From Flaccisagitta enflata (taxonomy: Eukaryota): a stretch of 64,000 nt of DNA. Position 1 is the stretch's first letter. Every line of letters starts with the position of its first letter. Shown here piece by piece: positions 63,849 to 64,000 of this stretch. The stretch is taken from NCBI GenBank assembly GCA_965153355.1, contig OZ231126.1:28830001-28894000 (forward strand). The letters run 5' to 3'. The notes beneath the pieces are model-generated. The model did not search any database and was not told where the DNA came from. It was given only the letters and a program-made list of their open reading frames with translations. The position numbers and the translations under genes are program-made.

Positions 63849-64000
63849 CTAGAGGGAAAATGATCAATAAGATGTAATTTTTTTGAAATGGTTGATGTGA
63901 ACAGGCTTCATAATATCCAACACCAAAATTTCCACCACCAAAATTCCCTTACTTATTGTACCAAACTTTTTTATGTAACCAAAATTAATGAGGGCTGATG

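Overview
Repeat-rich invertebrate metazoan genomic DNA with spliceosomal GT-AG introns; the taxon cannot be determined from the sequence. The window lies inside a minus-strand CLASP (Orbit/Mast/CLASP1-2 family) gene that is truncated at both ends. I could assemble about 19 phase-consistent exons from 63848 down to 15799. They encode the TOG2 HEAT repeats and the Ser/Arg-rich linker (SQSQPGSRSGSP, SRIP). A complete 8-exon, ~547-aa class A GPCR of the FMRFamide/myosuppressin/sex-peptide-receptor-like group is nested antisense in the 16.2-kb CLASP intron (50145-56551, +). It carries an apparent second, divergent TM7 exon. The introns are packed with non-autonomous DNA elements: TA-, TTAA-, 4-bp- and 8-bp-TSD MITEs, near-perfect palindromic elements, a 4-kb foldback built from ~521-bp repeats, and DINE-1/Helentron-like elements with independently expanding internal minisatellites. 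Many long dinucleotide microsatellites are also present. All long low-complexity ORFs in the supplied track are repeat artefacts. Exon boundaries were read by eye and no database searches were run.
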